Virus record (IMG/VR): IMGVR_UViG_3300012936_000009
Location: 127-64,126 of that record
Reading direction: 5' to 3' (one strand)
Source of the DNA: a virus
Lineage: Duplodnaviria > Caudoviricetes
Length of the DNA stretch: 64,000 bases
Part shown: positions 45,673 through 54,725 of the stretch, in pieces
How positions within the stretch are numbered: the first letter of the stretch is position 1
How the letters are laid out: each line of letters starts with the position of its first letter
Program-made: the position numbers and the translations under genes
The notes under the pieces: model-generated
The model's input: the letters and a program-made list of their open reading frames with translations, nothing else
Told to the model about the DNA's origin: nothing
Database searches by the model: none

Positions 45673-46631
45673 TAGCCTAAATTCCTAACTGCTAAAAAAA
45701 ATCTTTCTACATCAAAATTCTTAACGCCTATTGCGTTTTGTTCACGAATAAAACCAAGTTTATCCCTTTTTTTATCTTTGCAATTTTCAATATAATTTTC
45801 CACTTTATGAATTTGAGAAGCTGACAAGTTTCTAATACCTAAATTCATAAGTCTCCAATTTTTTTTCGGTACCTCTGGATTGCTAGCAATTTCGGAATAA
45901 ATCTTTAATTTACTGTTAAGATTTTTTTGCTCAGCTAGTCTAATTAGATCGTCTATTAGCAAGCTACTCTCATTAATTTCCGGGAATCTCTTCACCATAC
46001 TTTTGAAACCAGCTCCTTTTATACCTTGCAAGTTGTCAGATGGATCTCCAACAAAAGATCTTACTAAACAAAAATTTTCTGGATAAACTGAAAATTTCTG
46101 CTTCACAGCTTCTTTGTCTACTATCTTCTTCTGGCCAGGCGACCATTGAAGAGTTTTTTCATCTATAAGCTGATATAAATCTTTATCTGAAGATACTACA
46201 ATTTTGTTTTTATCCCTAAATGAATTCTTGCACATATATCCTATGACATCATCTGCTTCACAGTCAGATATATACAATTGGTTTATTCCAGACTTGTTTA
46301 AAAGCTTTATCAAGTTAGCAATCTGCCAATTTCTGTTTTCATAAGTATCTGGTATTTCATCTTCTGAGTAAAACCTGTTTAGTTTTTGCGGTCGTTTCGT
46401 GTGTTTATAAGAAGATTGCAGAGCCCTTCTCCTGGGAGATCCTCCACCTTCCCATACAACATATATTGAAGATGGAGAAAATCTCTCAGAAAGAAGCTGA
46501 ATTGCTTTTAAAAACCCAACCATCCCTCCAATGTGTTCACCATTATTAGAAATGGTTGGGTTTGCTATAAAATGCCTGGTAAACAGGTTTAGAGAGTCTA
46601 TTATAAGAAGAGGTCTGAAGAATGATTTCAC
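45672..46631 (-). CDS. Second 5'-3' exonuclease / RNase H-like nuclease
   Basis: IDSLNLF, EADDVIG, SSDKDLYQ, GDPSDNLQGIKGAG. Confidence 0.85.
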   Translation of the reverse strand: MKSFFRPLLIIDSLNLFTRHFIANPTISNNGEHIGGMVGFLKAIQLLSERFSPSSIYVVWEGGGSPRRRALQSSYKHTKRPQKLNRFYSEDEIPDTYENRNWQIANLIKLLNKSGINQLYISDCEADDVIGYMCKNSFRDKNKIVVSSDKDLYQLIDEKTLQWSPGQKKIVDKEAVKQKFSVYPENFCLVRSFVGDPSDNLQGIKGAGFKSMVKRFPEINESSLLIDDLIRLAEQKNLNSKLKIYSEIASNPEVPKKNWRLMNLGIRNLSASQIHKVENYIENCKDKKRDKLGFIREQNAIGVKNFDVERFFLAVRNLG

Positions 46632-47818
46632 GTATCCAATTCCATAAAAGCTTCGTTATCCAATGAAATAGCTCTTACCTCTTCATACGACTCTGGATCA
46701 ATATCTACCTCTTCGGGGTTAGACATTTTTCTGACCATAGTTGCTTCTAGCAAGTCGTCAACGTAACTGGTAAACTCGGGATTGCTCCACACTTCACCAA
46801 AATCAGACTTGTAGAATTTCTTTTCAGCTAGAACTTCTCCAGTTTTTTGATTGTGAACCATTAGAGTCTTCCACGCACCGGTACCAGCAAGCTCAATCTT
46901 ATTATCCCCAACTGTAGCAGCGCCAGCTTTTCTAAGTTCGTCAAAAACTTGTTCATGCTCCATAATTCCTTTTCCAAAATGAATTTCGAAATTAACAGTC
47001 CTAAATGGCGGAGCAACTTTGTTTTTAATAGTCTTTGCAGACACATTGATTCCAATTACTTCTTTCTTCTTGTTTTCAATCTTTTGGCCAGCGCCAAGTT
47101 TGATCCTGACAGAAGAATGAAATGGAATCGCTTTGCCTCCAGGGGTGGTCGTTGGATCACCATACATCACACCAATGTTAGTCCTAATCTGATTTAAACA
47201 AATCATCAAGGTATTAGTTTGACCAATAACTCCCGTAATTTTCCTCATCCCCTTAGATATAGCTCGAGCTTGTAAACCTATTGAGTTTTGATCGTAGTCA
47301 CCAACAAGTTCTGCCTTAGGCGAAGAAGCTGCCACTGAATCCCATATAATAGTAATAGGAACATCTTTATCCATCGCTTTGGCCTTTATAATAGTTGCTT
47401 CGGCAATAGACAAAACTTCTTCAGTACAATGAGTATCAACATAGACAAATCTCTTAGTTATGTCTACGCCAAGAAGGGCTAGATTTTCAACGCTTGTAGC
47501 ATTTTCTGTATCAATATAGACAACAATACCACCCATCTGTTGAGTTGACCTAGCGATCTGAATTGCTATGTGAGACTTACCAATTGAGGGAGGACCAAAA
47601 ATTTCTATGATCCTTCCCTCTGGAAGCCCACCTTCTCTCTTGTTAGAAATAATATAATCAAGCTGTTTAGAACCAGTGCTAATCCACCTCTTTACATGAG
47701 TTGGCGAAGAATCGGTGTGAAGGTTATAAGCAACCTTCGAGCCGTGCTCTTTGTTCAAAGACGAAATTAGATCACTTGTAAAATCATCAGTTTGATTTTT
47801 GGACTTTCTTTTTGCCAT
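46628..47818 (-). CDS. recA: RecA/UvsX recombinase
   Basis: ISTG, GRIIEIFGPPSIGKS, IDTE, WDSVAA, NQIR, TTPGGKA, KNKVAPPF. Confidence 0.9.
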   Translation of the reverse strand: MAKRKSKNQTDDFTSDLISSLNKEHGSKVAYNLHTDSSPTHVKRWISTGSKQLDYIISNKREGGLPEGRIIEIFGPPSIGKSHIAIQIARSTQQMGGIVVYIDTENATSVENLALLGVDITKRFVYVDTHCTEEVLSIAEATIIKAKAMDKDVPITIIWDSVAASSPKAELVGDYDQNSIGLQARAISKGMRKITGVIGQTNTLMICLNQIRTNIGVMYGDPTTTPGGKAIPFHSSVRIKLGAGQKIENKKKEVIGINVSAKTIKNKVAPPFRTVNFEIHFGKGIMEHEQVFDELRKAGAATVGDNKIELAGTGAWKTLMVHNQKTGEVLAEKKFYKSDFGEVWSNPEFTSYVDDLLEATMVRKMSNPEEVDIDPESYEEVRAISLDNEAFMELDT

Positions 47819-47830
47819 CTATAGTCTTCC

Positions 47831-48631
47831 TTAAAAATCGCCTTCTAAATCTGCAAATGCATCATCTAAACTACTGAATTTTTTCTGTGCAGTGTCAGTA
47901 GTAGTATCGTTATTCTCGGTAAGATTTGCGTTTCTCGTAGTTCCAGTGCTTTGGAATCCAGAATCAGAATCTTCTAGATCACCATTAAGCCAATCATTAA
48001 TGATTTTCTCAAGTTCTTCGCTAGACTTAAGAGAGTACATATCATCCAAGTCAGGAATATTAGAAGTCCAGTTCTTAATCTGATCTGTACTTTCCGACAA
48101 CCTGCTTTGCTTTCCTCGAGGACGAACTTCAGTTGTAGCCCACATTCTACCAGGAGCCTTTGTACAAATTACCTTGACGTCTCTTCCCTCGGCAACGTCT
48201 GTAATGTCACCGTAGTCTTCATCAAGCATAATATTAAGAAGAGACTGATAGACTGTCTTTCCAAAAGACCAAACTCTAACTCCCTTATCCTCTTCACCCC
48301 TAACTACAACCGGGGCGTAGTAACGAGGCTTTGGGTAAAGCTTCTTAGCTAGCTCGTAAGACTCCTTAGTTCCTTCATCGCGAAGCTTGTTGATCAAATC
48401 CTGAATCGGATCTGGCTTACTGAACTGGTACGGCGCTAAAAGTCCCGGATTGTTTCCAATGTTGTAGTAGAACCACCTCTCTGTAAAAGGGAGACCATCA
48501 TCATTCTTAAATGATAAAATTCTAACTGTAACTTCCTCTCCTTCTTGAGGACGCCACATTACGTTTCTCTTATTACCTTGACCACTTAACTGGTTTAACT
48601 TGCGACGAATCGCTTCAAAATCAACTGCCAT
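47831..48631 (-). CDS. ssDNA-binding protein (T4 gp32-like)
   Basis: WRP...VRIL, YGDITD...GRD, acidic C-terminus LDDAFADLEGDF; next to recA. Confidence 0.75.
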   Translation of the reverse strand: MAVDFEAIRRKLNQLSGQGNKRNVMWRPQEGEEVTVRILSFKNDDGLPFTERWFYYNIGNNPGLLAPYQFSKPDPIQDLINKLRDEGTKESYELAKKLYPKPRYYAPVVVRGEEDKGVRVWSFGKTVYQSLLNIMLDEDYGDITDVAEGRDVKVICTKAPGRMWATTEVRPRGKQSRLSESTDQIKNWTSNIPDLDDMYSLKSSEELEKIINDWLNGDLEDSDSGFQSTGTTRNANLTENNDTTTDTAQKKFSSLDDAFADLEGDF

Positions 48632-48678
48632 ATTTCACCTCCGTTTTTTAAATTGGCAACTTATCAACTTGTAATTTG

Positions 48679-48707
48679 ATTATAAGTTTAGGAGGATGAA
48701 TTTTCAG
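48679..48707 (-). promoter_or_regulatory. Sigma70-type promoter for the ssb-recA-helicase-nrdJ operon
   Basis: CTGAAA-17nt-TATAAT, downstream GGAGG SD. Confidence 0.55.
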
Positions 48708-48719
48708 TATGATTTAATT

Positions 48720-48959
48720 TTATTTTTTCTTTTTCTTTTTAGTTCGTTTGACAACTTTGGCAGGGTAAGTAGGGCCAGTTCCAAGTGGGGTAGAAACTCC
48801 TGGCATGCCGGCGGCAACTGAGGCTTCGTCGCGCTTTTTAGATTTTTTCTTTCTTTCTTTTTCTCTTGTTTCTTGGTTAGTTAAATCAGGTTCGCCTAAA
48901 ACGTTATCCCTTCTCTCGAGAAAAAGCCTTATATATTGTCTTAATAATTTTCCGTTCAT
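48720..48959 (-). CDS. Small leader-bearing basic protein
   Basis: MNGKLLRQYIRLFLE leader; poly-Lys tail. Confidence 0.65.
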   Translation of the reverse strand: MNGKLLRQYIRLFLERRDNVLGEPDLTNQETREKERKKKSKKRDEASVAAGMPGVSTPLGTGPTYPAKVVKRTKKKKKK

Positions 48960-48967
48960 AAATCTAA

Positions 48968-49789
48968 TTATTTAGAAAATCTGAATTTTGGATCAATTTC
49001 GAAAATTTGTGGCTCCACTCCTGGTAAATTTTCTAAAAGCCAGGCTTCTTCGACTTTCCCCTGTTCTCTATCTTTAATAGAAAGCCACCAAGATCCAACA
49101 TCTGGATTCCAACGATACCTCCTGTCTTTCAAGAGCTGGTTCGAACCTCTCGGGGAATTAGCTGCGAATATCTGCAAATCTGGCTTGCCGGAATTTTCTA
49201 GCATCTCCTTAGACTTTGAGTTTAAACTTAAAACGTGCGAAAGAGCTTCTAGAGCAACCGCTGAGTCATTGAAGTCATAGAAAAAGCCAGTAAATACAGA
49301 AAGGGTTGGTAAGTTTCTCGCAGGGAAACCAGATAAGTTCCAGTCAACGTGCTCTACAGTGCAACCCCATATTGTTTTTAAATTTCCGGTATATTTTTCT
49401 ATCCATGGTTTCACGAAAGAAGAATTATGAGAAACAACTAAATCGGCTCCGGAAAATAAACTGGTAATTAAATCCCAATCAATCTTAGAATTTTTCTTTT
49501 CCTTAATATCAAAATCTAGAAATTTTGACTCTTCTTCGTTTAGCTCTCTTTCAGGATCGTTAAAGAAAGAAACGGTTTTTCTAGACTTTGAAAAACCACC
49601 TTCGTTATCTAAATAGCAAAGCTTTAAATTTACCCTAAGTAAGTCTCCAGAAGATGGGTTCATGGAAGTAGTTACAATACTACAGAATATAACCTTAGTA
49701 TCTTCTGATGAGGCCTTACTTAAAGGTATAGGTTCTATCTCTGAAATGTTTTTTATTTCAATCTTGTTTTTATTAGCATCAATTATCAT
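48968..49789 (-). CDS. Degenerate DEDDh (DnaQ-like) exonuclease
   Basis: Fold cues (TT, VVSHN, W.C..., LKDRRYRWNP) are present but ExoI reads CSIVTTS instead of DxETTG; start probably ATG 49789. Confidence 0.55.
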   Translation of the reverse strand: MIIDANKNKIEIKNISEIEPIPLSKASSEDTKVIFCSIVTTSMNPSSGDLLRVNLKLCYLDNEGGFSKSRKTVSFFNDPERELNEEESKFLDFDIKEKKNSKIDWDLITSLFSGADLVVSHNSSFVKPWIEKYTGNLKTIWGCTVEHVDWNLSGFPARNLPTLSVFTGFFYDFNDSAVALEALSHVLSLNSKSKEMLENSGKPDLQIFAANSPRGSNQLLKDRRYRWNPDVGSWWLSIKDREQGKVEEAWLLENLPGVEPQIFEIDPKFRFSK

Positions 49790-49790
49790 A

Positions 49791-50294
49791 TTACGAATCC
49801 CAGGTTCTCTTTTCACCTGAGTATATTATAATCGATCCTGAATTATTTTCAATTTGAATCAAAGAATCTAATTCTAGAATACCTGCATTTTCAGCACCCA
49901 CTAGCGTGTGATAAAGATATTTTATACCATCTCTTGCTTTTATAGCTGAAATTTTAACTCTCAGCCCCCGCTTGTTACCCATGGTTACGATAGACAATCC
50001 CGTGTACACATTTTTCATAGCGTCTGCCCCGGTGAAAGCTTGGCGTAACATATTTTTTATTTTCTCAATGTCATCAGAACCCATAGCGCTGCTGATATTT
50101 AAGTTCTGCATCAACTGCTTAGGATTCTCGGAAGCTAAGGCGCCAGCTTCTTTGACGCCGGCCGAAAATCTACCCGACCCTGTAGAAGCTTCAACTCCAG
50201 CCTTAGAAGACTTTTCTGGTTTCTTTTTCTCTTTTTTCTCTTCATCTTCTAATAAAATATCAGAGACGACTTCCTTAATGTTAAACTTCATCAA
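49791..50294 (-). CDS. Hypothetical protein with leader-like N-terminus
   Basis: MKFNIKEVVSDILLEDE. Confidence 0.6.
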   Translation of the reverse strand: MMKFNIKEVVSDILLEDEEKKEKKKPEKSSKAGVEASTGSGRFSAGVKEAGALASENPKQLMQNLNISSAMGSDDIEKIKNMLRQAFTGADAMKNVYTGLSIVTMGNKRGLRVKISAIKARDGIKYLYHTLVGAENAGILELDSLIQIENNSGSIIIYSGEKRTWDS

Positions 50295-51442
50295 CTACAC
50301 TCCAAATAAAAATGTCCTAAATCAGATATCTCTATCCCTTCTTTAACTATCTCTTTAACAGAAGCTAATTCATCTTTGTGTACATCTAAAACTAAAGCGT
50401 CATGAATAACAGCCAAAGATTTAACAGAATCAGGAAATTTTTTCATTAGGTTAGAAAAACCAACCAGGGAAACATCAACTCCAGAACTTTGAATAAAATT
50501 ATTAATGGCTACATTAGATGTCTTTTTCTTTAGGTTTATCGGTCTGCCAAAGTGGTTGTATATCTTTCCAGATTTGAAATCTCCTGCAGATTCTAAAATA
50601 GACTTTAAATCAAAGTAGTCTTCTATAGATTTCTTGATCAAAAAAGCATCTTTCCCAACTATTTCTGTCAGTTTTGAAATACCCGCTCCAAAAAGAGTAG
50701 ATAAAACTGCAGCTTTGATTGTTTTTCTATCGTGAGAAAGATCATATTCTTTAATGATATCGCTGTAAATATCGACTTTTGTAGTCTTCGAATTCAAGAG
50801 TTTGGCCAGTCTAGGTTCTAGGGAAACATAATCCACCCAAACAATAGAGCCATCTTTATACCTACTTTTAAATATATTTTTTGATTCCCTAGGAAGCAGC
50901 AAAACTTGTGGACCGGATTTAACTACTAACCTTCCAGTAACTGTTTTTAAACGATCATAAGTTAAGCGAGAAGTAAATCCGTCTTCCTTAGGAGAAAAAG
51001 AACTTAATATTTTTCTAACAGTTGGATTTTCTACTTTCGTTCCTAAAACAGATTCATCAACCTTAAAAGTACTTAAATTATGAAGTACTTCGTTTCCAGA
51101 AGAGAAAACTTTTGAATATCTTTTATTAGATAGAGACTTTGCTTCATCTAAGAAGATCTGCAGTTTATTCATTTTTTCAGAATAAACCCTGTAAGGAAGA
51201 ACTTCTTTCCATGGAGGGTTAGAAGAACTAACTACCTGCATCATATCTAGATATTTTTTCTCCAGGAACTCCAGCCTGTCCAAACCATGAATTTCAAAAT
51301 AATCGTTTAAACTATTTGATTTTCCGACATCTAGAAACAAATCCACAGATTCTTGTTTTTTACTACACCAAGAAAATTCTGAGTTTTGTATAACCAGGTA
51401 TTTTTGATTATTGAAAAAACTTTTGTCAATCATAATTTTCAT
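50291..51442 (-). CDS. Minimal family-A DNA polymerase domain
   Basis: TVTGRL, motif A VDYVSLEPR, motif B RKTIKAAVLSTLFG, NNFIQSS, motif C VIHDAL; only 383 aa and no exonuclease domains. Confidence 0.75.
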   Translation of the reverse strand: MKIMIDKSFFNNQKYLVIQNSEFSWCSKKQESVDLFLDVGKSNSLNDYFEIHGLDRLEFLEKKYLDMMQVVSSSNPPWKEVLPYRVYSEKMNKLQIFLDEAKSLSNKRYSKVFSSGNEVLHNLSTFKVDESVLGTKVENPTVRKILSSFSPKEDGFTSRLTYDRLKTVTGRLVVKSGPQVLLLPRESKNIFKSRYKDGSIVWVDYVSLEPRLAKLLNSKTTKVDIYSDIIKEYDLSHDRKTIKAAVLSTLFGAGISKLTEIVGKDAFLIKKSIEDYFDLKSILESAGDFKSGKIYNHFGRPINLKKKTSNVAINNFIQSSGVDVSLVGFSNLMKKFPDSVKSLAVIHDALVLDVHKDELASVKEIVKEGIEISDLGHFYLECS

Positions 51443-51447
51443 GATTA

Positions 51448-51476
51448 ATTCTAAATGAATAAATCCGAATTTTCAA
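51448..51476 (-). promoter_or_regulatory. Sigma70-type promoter (leaderless)
   Basis: TTGAAA-17nt-TAGAAT, 5 nt before ATG 51442. Confidence 0.5.
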
Positions 51477-51477
51477 A

Positions 51478-54417
51478 TTAATCTGATTCAATTTCCGCTA
51501 TAGCTTGATTGACAGAGTTTCCGATATTGGTATATGTTCCATAAGCGTTCAGTGGTTGAAAAGTCCAGCTTGTCTCAAATTTTCCAGCTGATATCTCATG
51601 GGAAACTTTAGAACAACAATATATGTTATCCGCACTAGTACCAGTACCGAAATCAATAAAGAAAGTTTGTCCTATGGAAGCTATCGGGAATCCAAAAGAA
51701 GTCATAGACAGAGAAGTTGGAGCTATTTGAAGTGGCAAACCTGTATCTCTAAGCCCTAGAGCAGTCGTGCCAGTTCCCATTCCAGATCTTCTCATATTGA
51801 TATTAGCCAGAGCGGGATTGTTCATAGACGCAAGGTTGGCGCTGGTTATATTGGTAGCGCTACTTCCATAAACCAAACTAGGCATCGTAGAAGATAAGAA
51901 AGATTTTATTTTTTGAAAATCCGTTTTTACCCTAAACCTAGTTCCTCCACCCTTGATATCAGCCATTGTTAAGTTAGTAGTGTTGGGTATGGCCTCTATT
52001 ATACCGTCAGACATTGCAGATTTTAAGTGTGCCAACATCGCTTCTTTGTTGCCAGATTTATCTTTTCCTTTTTTCATAGCTGTTTTAGAGACATCCGCTA
52101 GAAAAGGAGCTAATGCTTCCTGTTGAGCTGACTGTAATATTTGTGACAATGTGGAGTAAGAAGTACAATTTTGATCAAAAATGTGTATCCTATATATAGA
52201 TTTTCCATCCTCATCGGCAGTTAAACACTCGGCCTGCATTTGAATTCTAGGAACTTTGAAACCAAAATCTTTTTCTTTGTCTTCTATTCCGTAGGCATCC
52301 ATCAATCTGATATCTTTCTGCTGCCTAAGGAGATCTTTTCCAAACTTTTGGTCTTCAAAAACTTTCTTCAATTTAAGCTTACCAGTTTCTTTATCATTTT
52401 CATACAATTCAGTCAACCCATAAGCTTCTGCTGTTTGGCTAGAAACGAAGTTTTTAGTTAAAAATTTTATGAATGCCCCTATAGGCATGTTAGTGCTAGT
52501 TTTGCAAGCTTCCTTAAATTTCTCAGTAAAATTCTGAAAGTTTATTGGAAAGCTAGAAATTGGAGCATTCTTCATATAAGAGGCTTTATCATTAAAAGAA
52601 TAAAACACGAATTGCACTTCGTCAAATTGCCCGGTGCCGCATAGAGGAGCACCCGCAAACGCTAAAACTAGACTTCCAAAAGTTGTATAACCCGGATCGT
52701 CTTCCCTGATATTGACGAACTTTTTAGTCTTTCCAGAGAAACTTTGTGCAAATGGATCTTTTTGAGGGTGCTTATCTTTTTTAGCAGTAAACCGCCTCTT
52801 AACTTTGTGACCTTTTAGTTTAGCATCTACTATGCTAGCCATTTTTTTACGTGCAGCAGGAACGGTAGTTTTCATCTTTTGAAGCAGCGGGAGTATCTTT
52901 TTTAAATCCCCAGGAGAACCCGCTTTTCTAACATTCACGATGTATTCATTAATCTCTTTTTTCAAATCTCCATCAAAACCTAGAGCAGATCTAGTATCTG
53001 ACATTGAAGAAAGAATCTTACTTCCTGTGATACTCTTAGATCCCTTTTTATTACCTTTCCCTTTTCTACGAATAGACTTTATAGCTTCAGTTAGATCGTT
53101 AATGTCTTTTAAAGCATCGGCTACTGCAGTTCCCTCTGTTATTCTCGAAAGTTCTACTTGGGCTGAACCTTTTAGAGATAGTTTTAGATTAATAGACACT
53201 TGGCCAACCTGATCAAATGAAAAGCTAGAGTTTATAATTCCGTACTTCTCTGTACATTTGAGGCTATCTAGAAATCTACCATATACATTCCCAGGCAAGT
53301 TTCCGTCGGGATGAGACCATCCGTACGTAATAAGCATTTGAGTTTTTCCATATAGGTCAGGCTTCACGAATTCGGCAACCTCTGACAATCTTGATCGATC
53401 ATGAAGAATCAAAGACATCGTAGCTGTTTTGAAAGTTAAGAGTCCTGCAGAAGGTGCTAAGTCAACTTTAAAATTTTGCAAACTCATTAGGGGTCTAAAT
53501 TTGTCTATTATAGCTGATCCCCTAGTTGCGGAAATGCTTCCATCTCCGTAAGAGTCGTCTCCGTCTACTAGGGTTTGCGGAGAGGTAAATATTTCCATAC
53601 CAGCAGAAGTTGTTGAAGGATCGTTTCTTTTCTTGCTTTCATCGAAAACTTTAGGCGGAGGAGTGTTCAAGATGTTCTTTCTGACTCTTAGATCTACTCC
53701 TTTCGCAATCGACTCATCAGCAGATCCAGGGGCAGGTTCAAAATTTCCTCTTAAAAATTGCAGCATCGAAATAGTTTGTACTCTACCATTATCAGAAAGA
53801 GCTGGAGAAGATGGAACCAAAGTTACATCTAGGAAAGGAACGCACCTCGACATTTCAATAGTGGGAATCGCGTTAAGAAATATCTCAGCAGAGGGAGTTG
53901 CTCTCTTAGACGGGTTCAAAGAATTAGGACCTACGACAAAAGCAGACAAGGCAGGTTTTGACTTACTAGGATTCTGCGGATCCATATTCACCGAAAGTAA
54001 GGGCTTATCTTGAGGACCGGCCTTGAAAGGTTCAGTGAGATCTTTTAAGCTAGTTTTGCAACCGATCTTGTCCCCGCCCGAAGTAATCGCAGACTCTGAA
54101 TCCTCATACACAACAAACAAGGTTTTCTCTAGCTCTTTAGCAGCATCCGAAGATTTTGTAGAGAACTCGTTTATTTTCGCTATTATTTCATGAGCAAAAT
54201 AAGCAGTATCTTGAGATTGCAGTAAAGATATAATACTAGCAATTCCAGATTCTGGAAGCGGTTTTCCTTCTATGATATCAAAATACAGCTTTTTGACATC
54301 TTTAGCTGAAGATGCACCCATCAAAATACTAAACATATCGTCTTGTGATAGAACACCGAAATAAGATTTTAAATCTTCAACGGACTGCTGTAGACGTGTT
54401 TTTGATCCCCTAGGCAT
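51478..54417 (-). CDS. Baseplate hub-like structural protein
   Basis: Position after the LysM gene; ITYGWS and C-terminal G.P....GQTFFIDFGT...Y....VSHEISAGKFET hub-type pattern. Confidence 0.6.
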   Translation of the reverse strand: MPRGSKTRLQQSVEDLKSYFGVLSQDDMFSILMGASSAKDVKKLYFDIIEGKPLPESGIASIISLLQSQDTAYFAHEIIAKINEFSTKSSDAAKELEKTLFVVYEDSESAITSGGDKIGCKTSLKDLTEPFKAGPQDKPLLSVNMDPQNPSKSKPALSAFVVGPNSLNPSKRATPSAEIFLNAIPTIEMSRCVPFLDVTLVPSSPALSDNGRVQTISMLQFLRGNFEPAPGSADESIAKGVDLRVRKNILNTPPPKVFDESKKRNDPSTTSAGMEIFTSPQTLVDGDDSYGDGSISATRGSAIIDKFRPLMSLQNFKVDLAPSAGLLTFKTATMSLILHDRSRLSEVAEFVKPDLYGKTQMLITYGWSHPDGNLPGNVYGRFLDSLKCTEKYGIINSSFSFDQVGQVSINLKLSLKGSAQVELSRITEGTAVADALKDINDLTEAIKSIRRKGKGNKKGSKSITGSKILSSMSDTRSALGFDGDLKKEINEYIVNVRKAGSPGDLKKILPLLQKMKTTVPAARKKMASIVDAKLKGHKVKRRFTAKKDKHPQKDPFAQSFSGKTKKFVNIREDDPGYTTFGSLVLAFAGAPLCGTGQFDEVQFVFYSFNDKASYMKNAPISSFPINFQNFTEKFKEACKTSTNMPIGAFIKFLTKNFVSSQTAEAYGLTELYENDKETGKLKLKKVFEDQKFGKDLLRQQKDIRLMDAYGIEDKEKDFGFKVPRIQMQAECLTADEDGKSIYRIHIFDQNCTSYSTLSQILQSAQQEALAPFLADVSKTAMKKGKDKSGNKEAMLAHLKSAMSDGIIEAIPNTTNLTMADIKGGGTRFRVKTDFQKIKSFLSSTMPSLVYGSSATNITSANLASMNNPALANINMRRSGMGTGTTALGLRDTGLPLQIAPTSLSMTSFGFPIASIGQTFFIDFGTGTSADNIYCCSKVSHEISAGKFETSWTFQPLNAYGTYTNIGNSVNQAIAEIESD

Positions 54418-54426
54418 AAAAATTCC

Positions 54427-54714
54427 TTAAACCAAAGCCGCTACCTGAACTAAATCGGTTGGAACTAGTAAGTAAGTTCCTGGAGGGACCTGAAGATTCC
54501 AGCCTATACCACTAGCCCCAGCTATGACCCACCAAAGTCGAGAGTCTCCGTATTCTGCTCCTGCTATAACGTCTAACCTCTCACCTTCACGCAGATAATC
54601 CTTCCTGACGGAAATTAAACCACGGGTGGCCGCATCTCTTAAGATTTTACTCGGAACGTAGGTTCCATAAAAAGTCCCCCCTCCGAGTACTGGTGATGGT
54701 AAATATCTCCTCAA
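54427..54714 (-). CDS. LysM / gpX-like baseplate protein
   Basis: EGERLDVIAGAEYGDSRLWWVIAGASGI...PGTYLLVP. Confidence 0.8.
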   Translation of the reverse strand: MRRYLPSPVLGGGTFYGTYVPSKILRDAATRGLISVRKDYLREGERLDVIAGAEYGDSRLWWVIAGASGIGWNLQVPPGTYLLVPTDLVQVAALV

Positions 54715-54725
54715 AGTTTCCTCAC

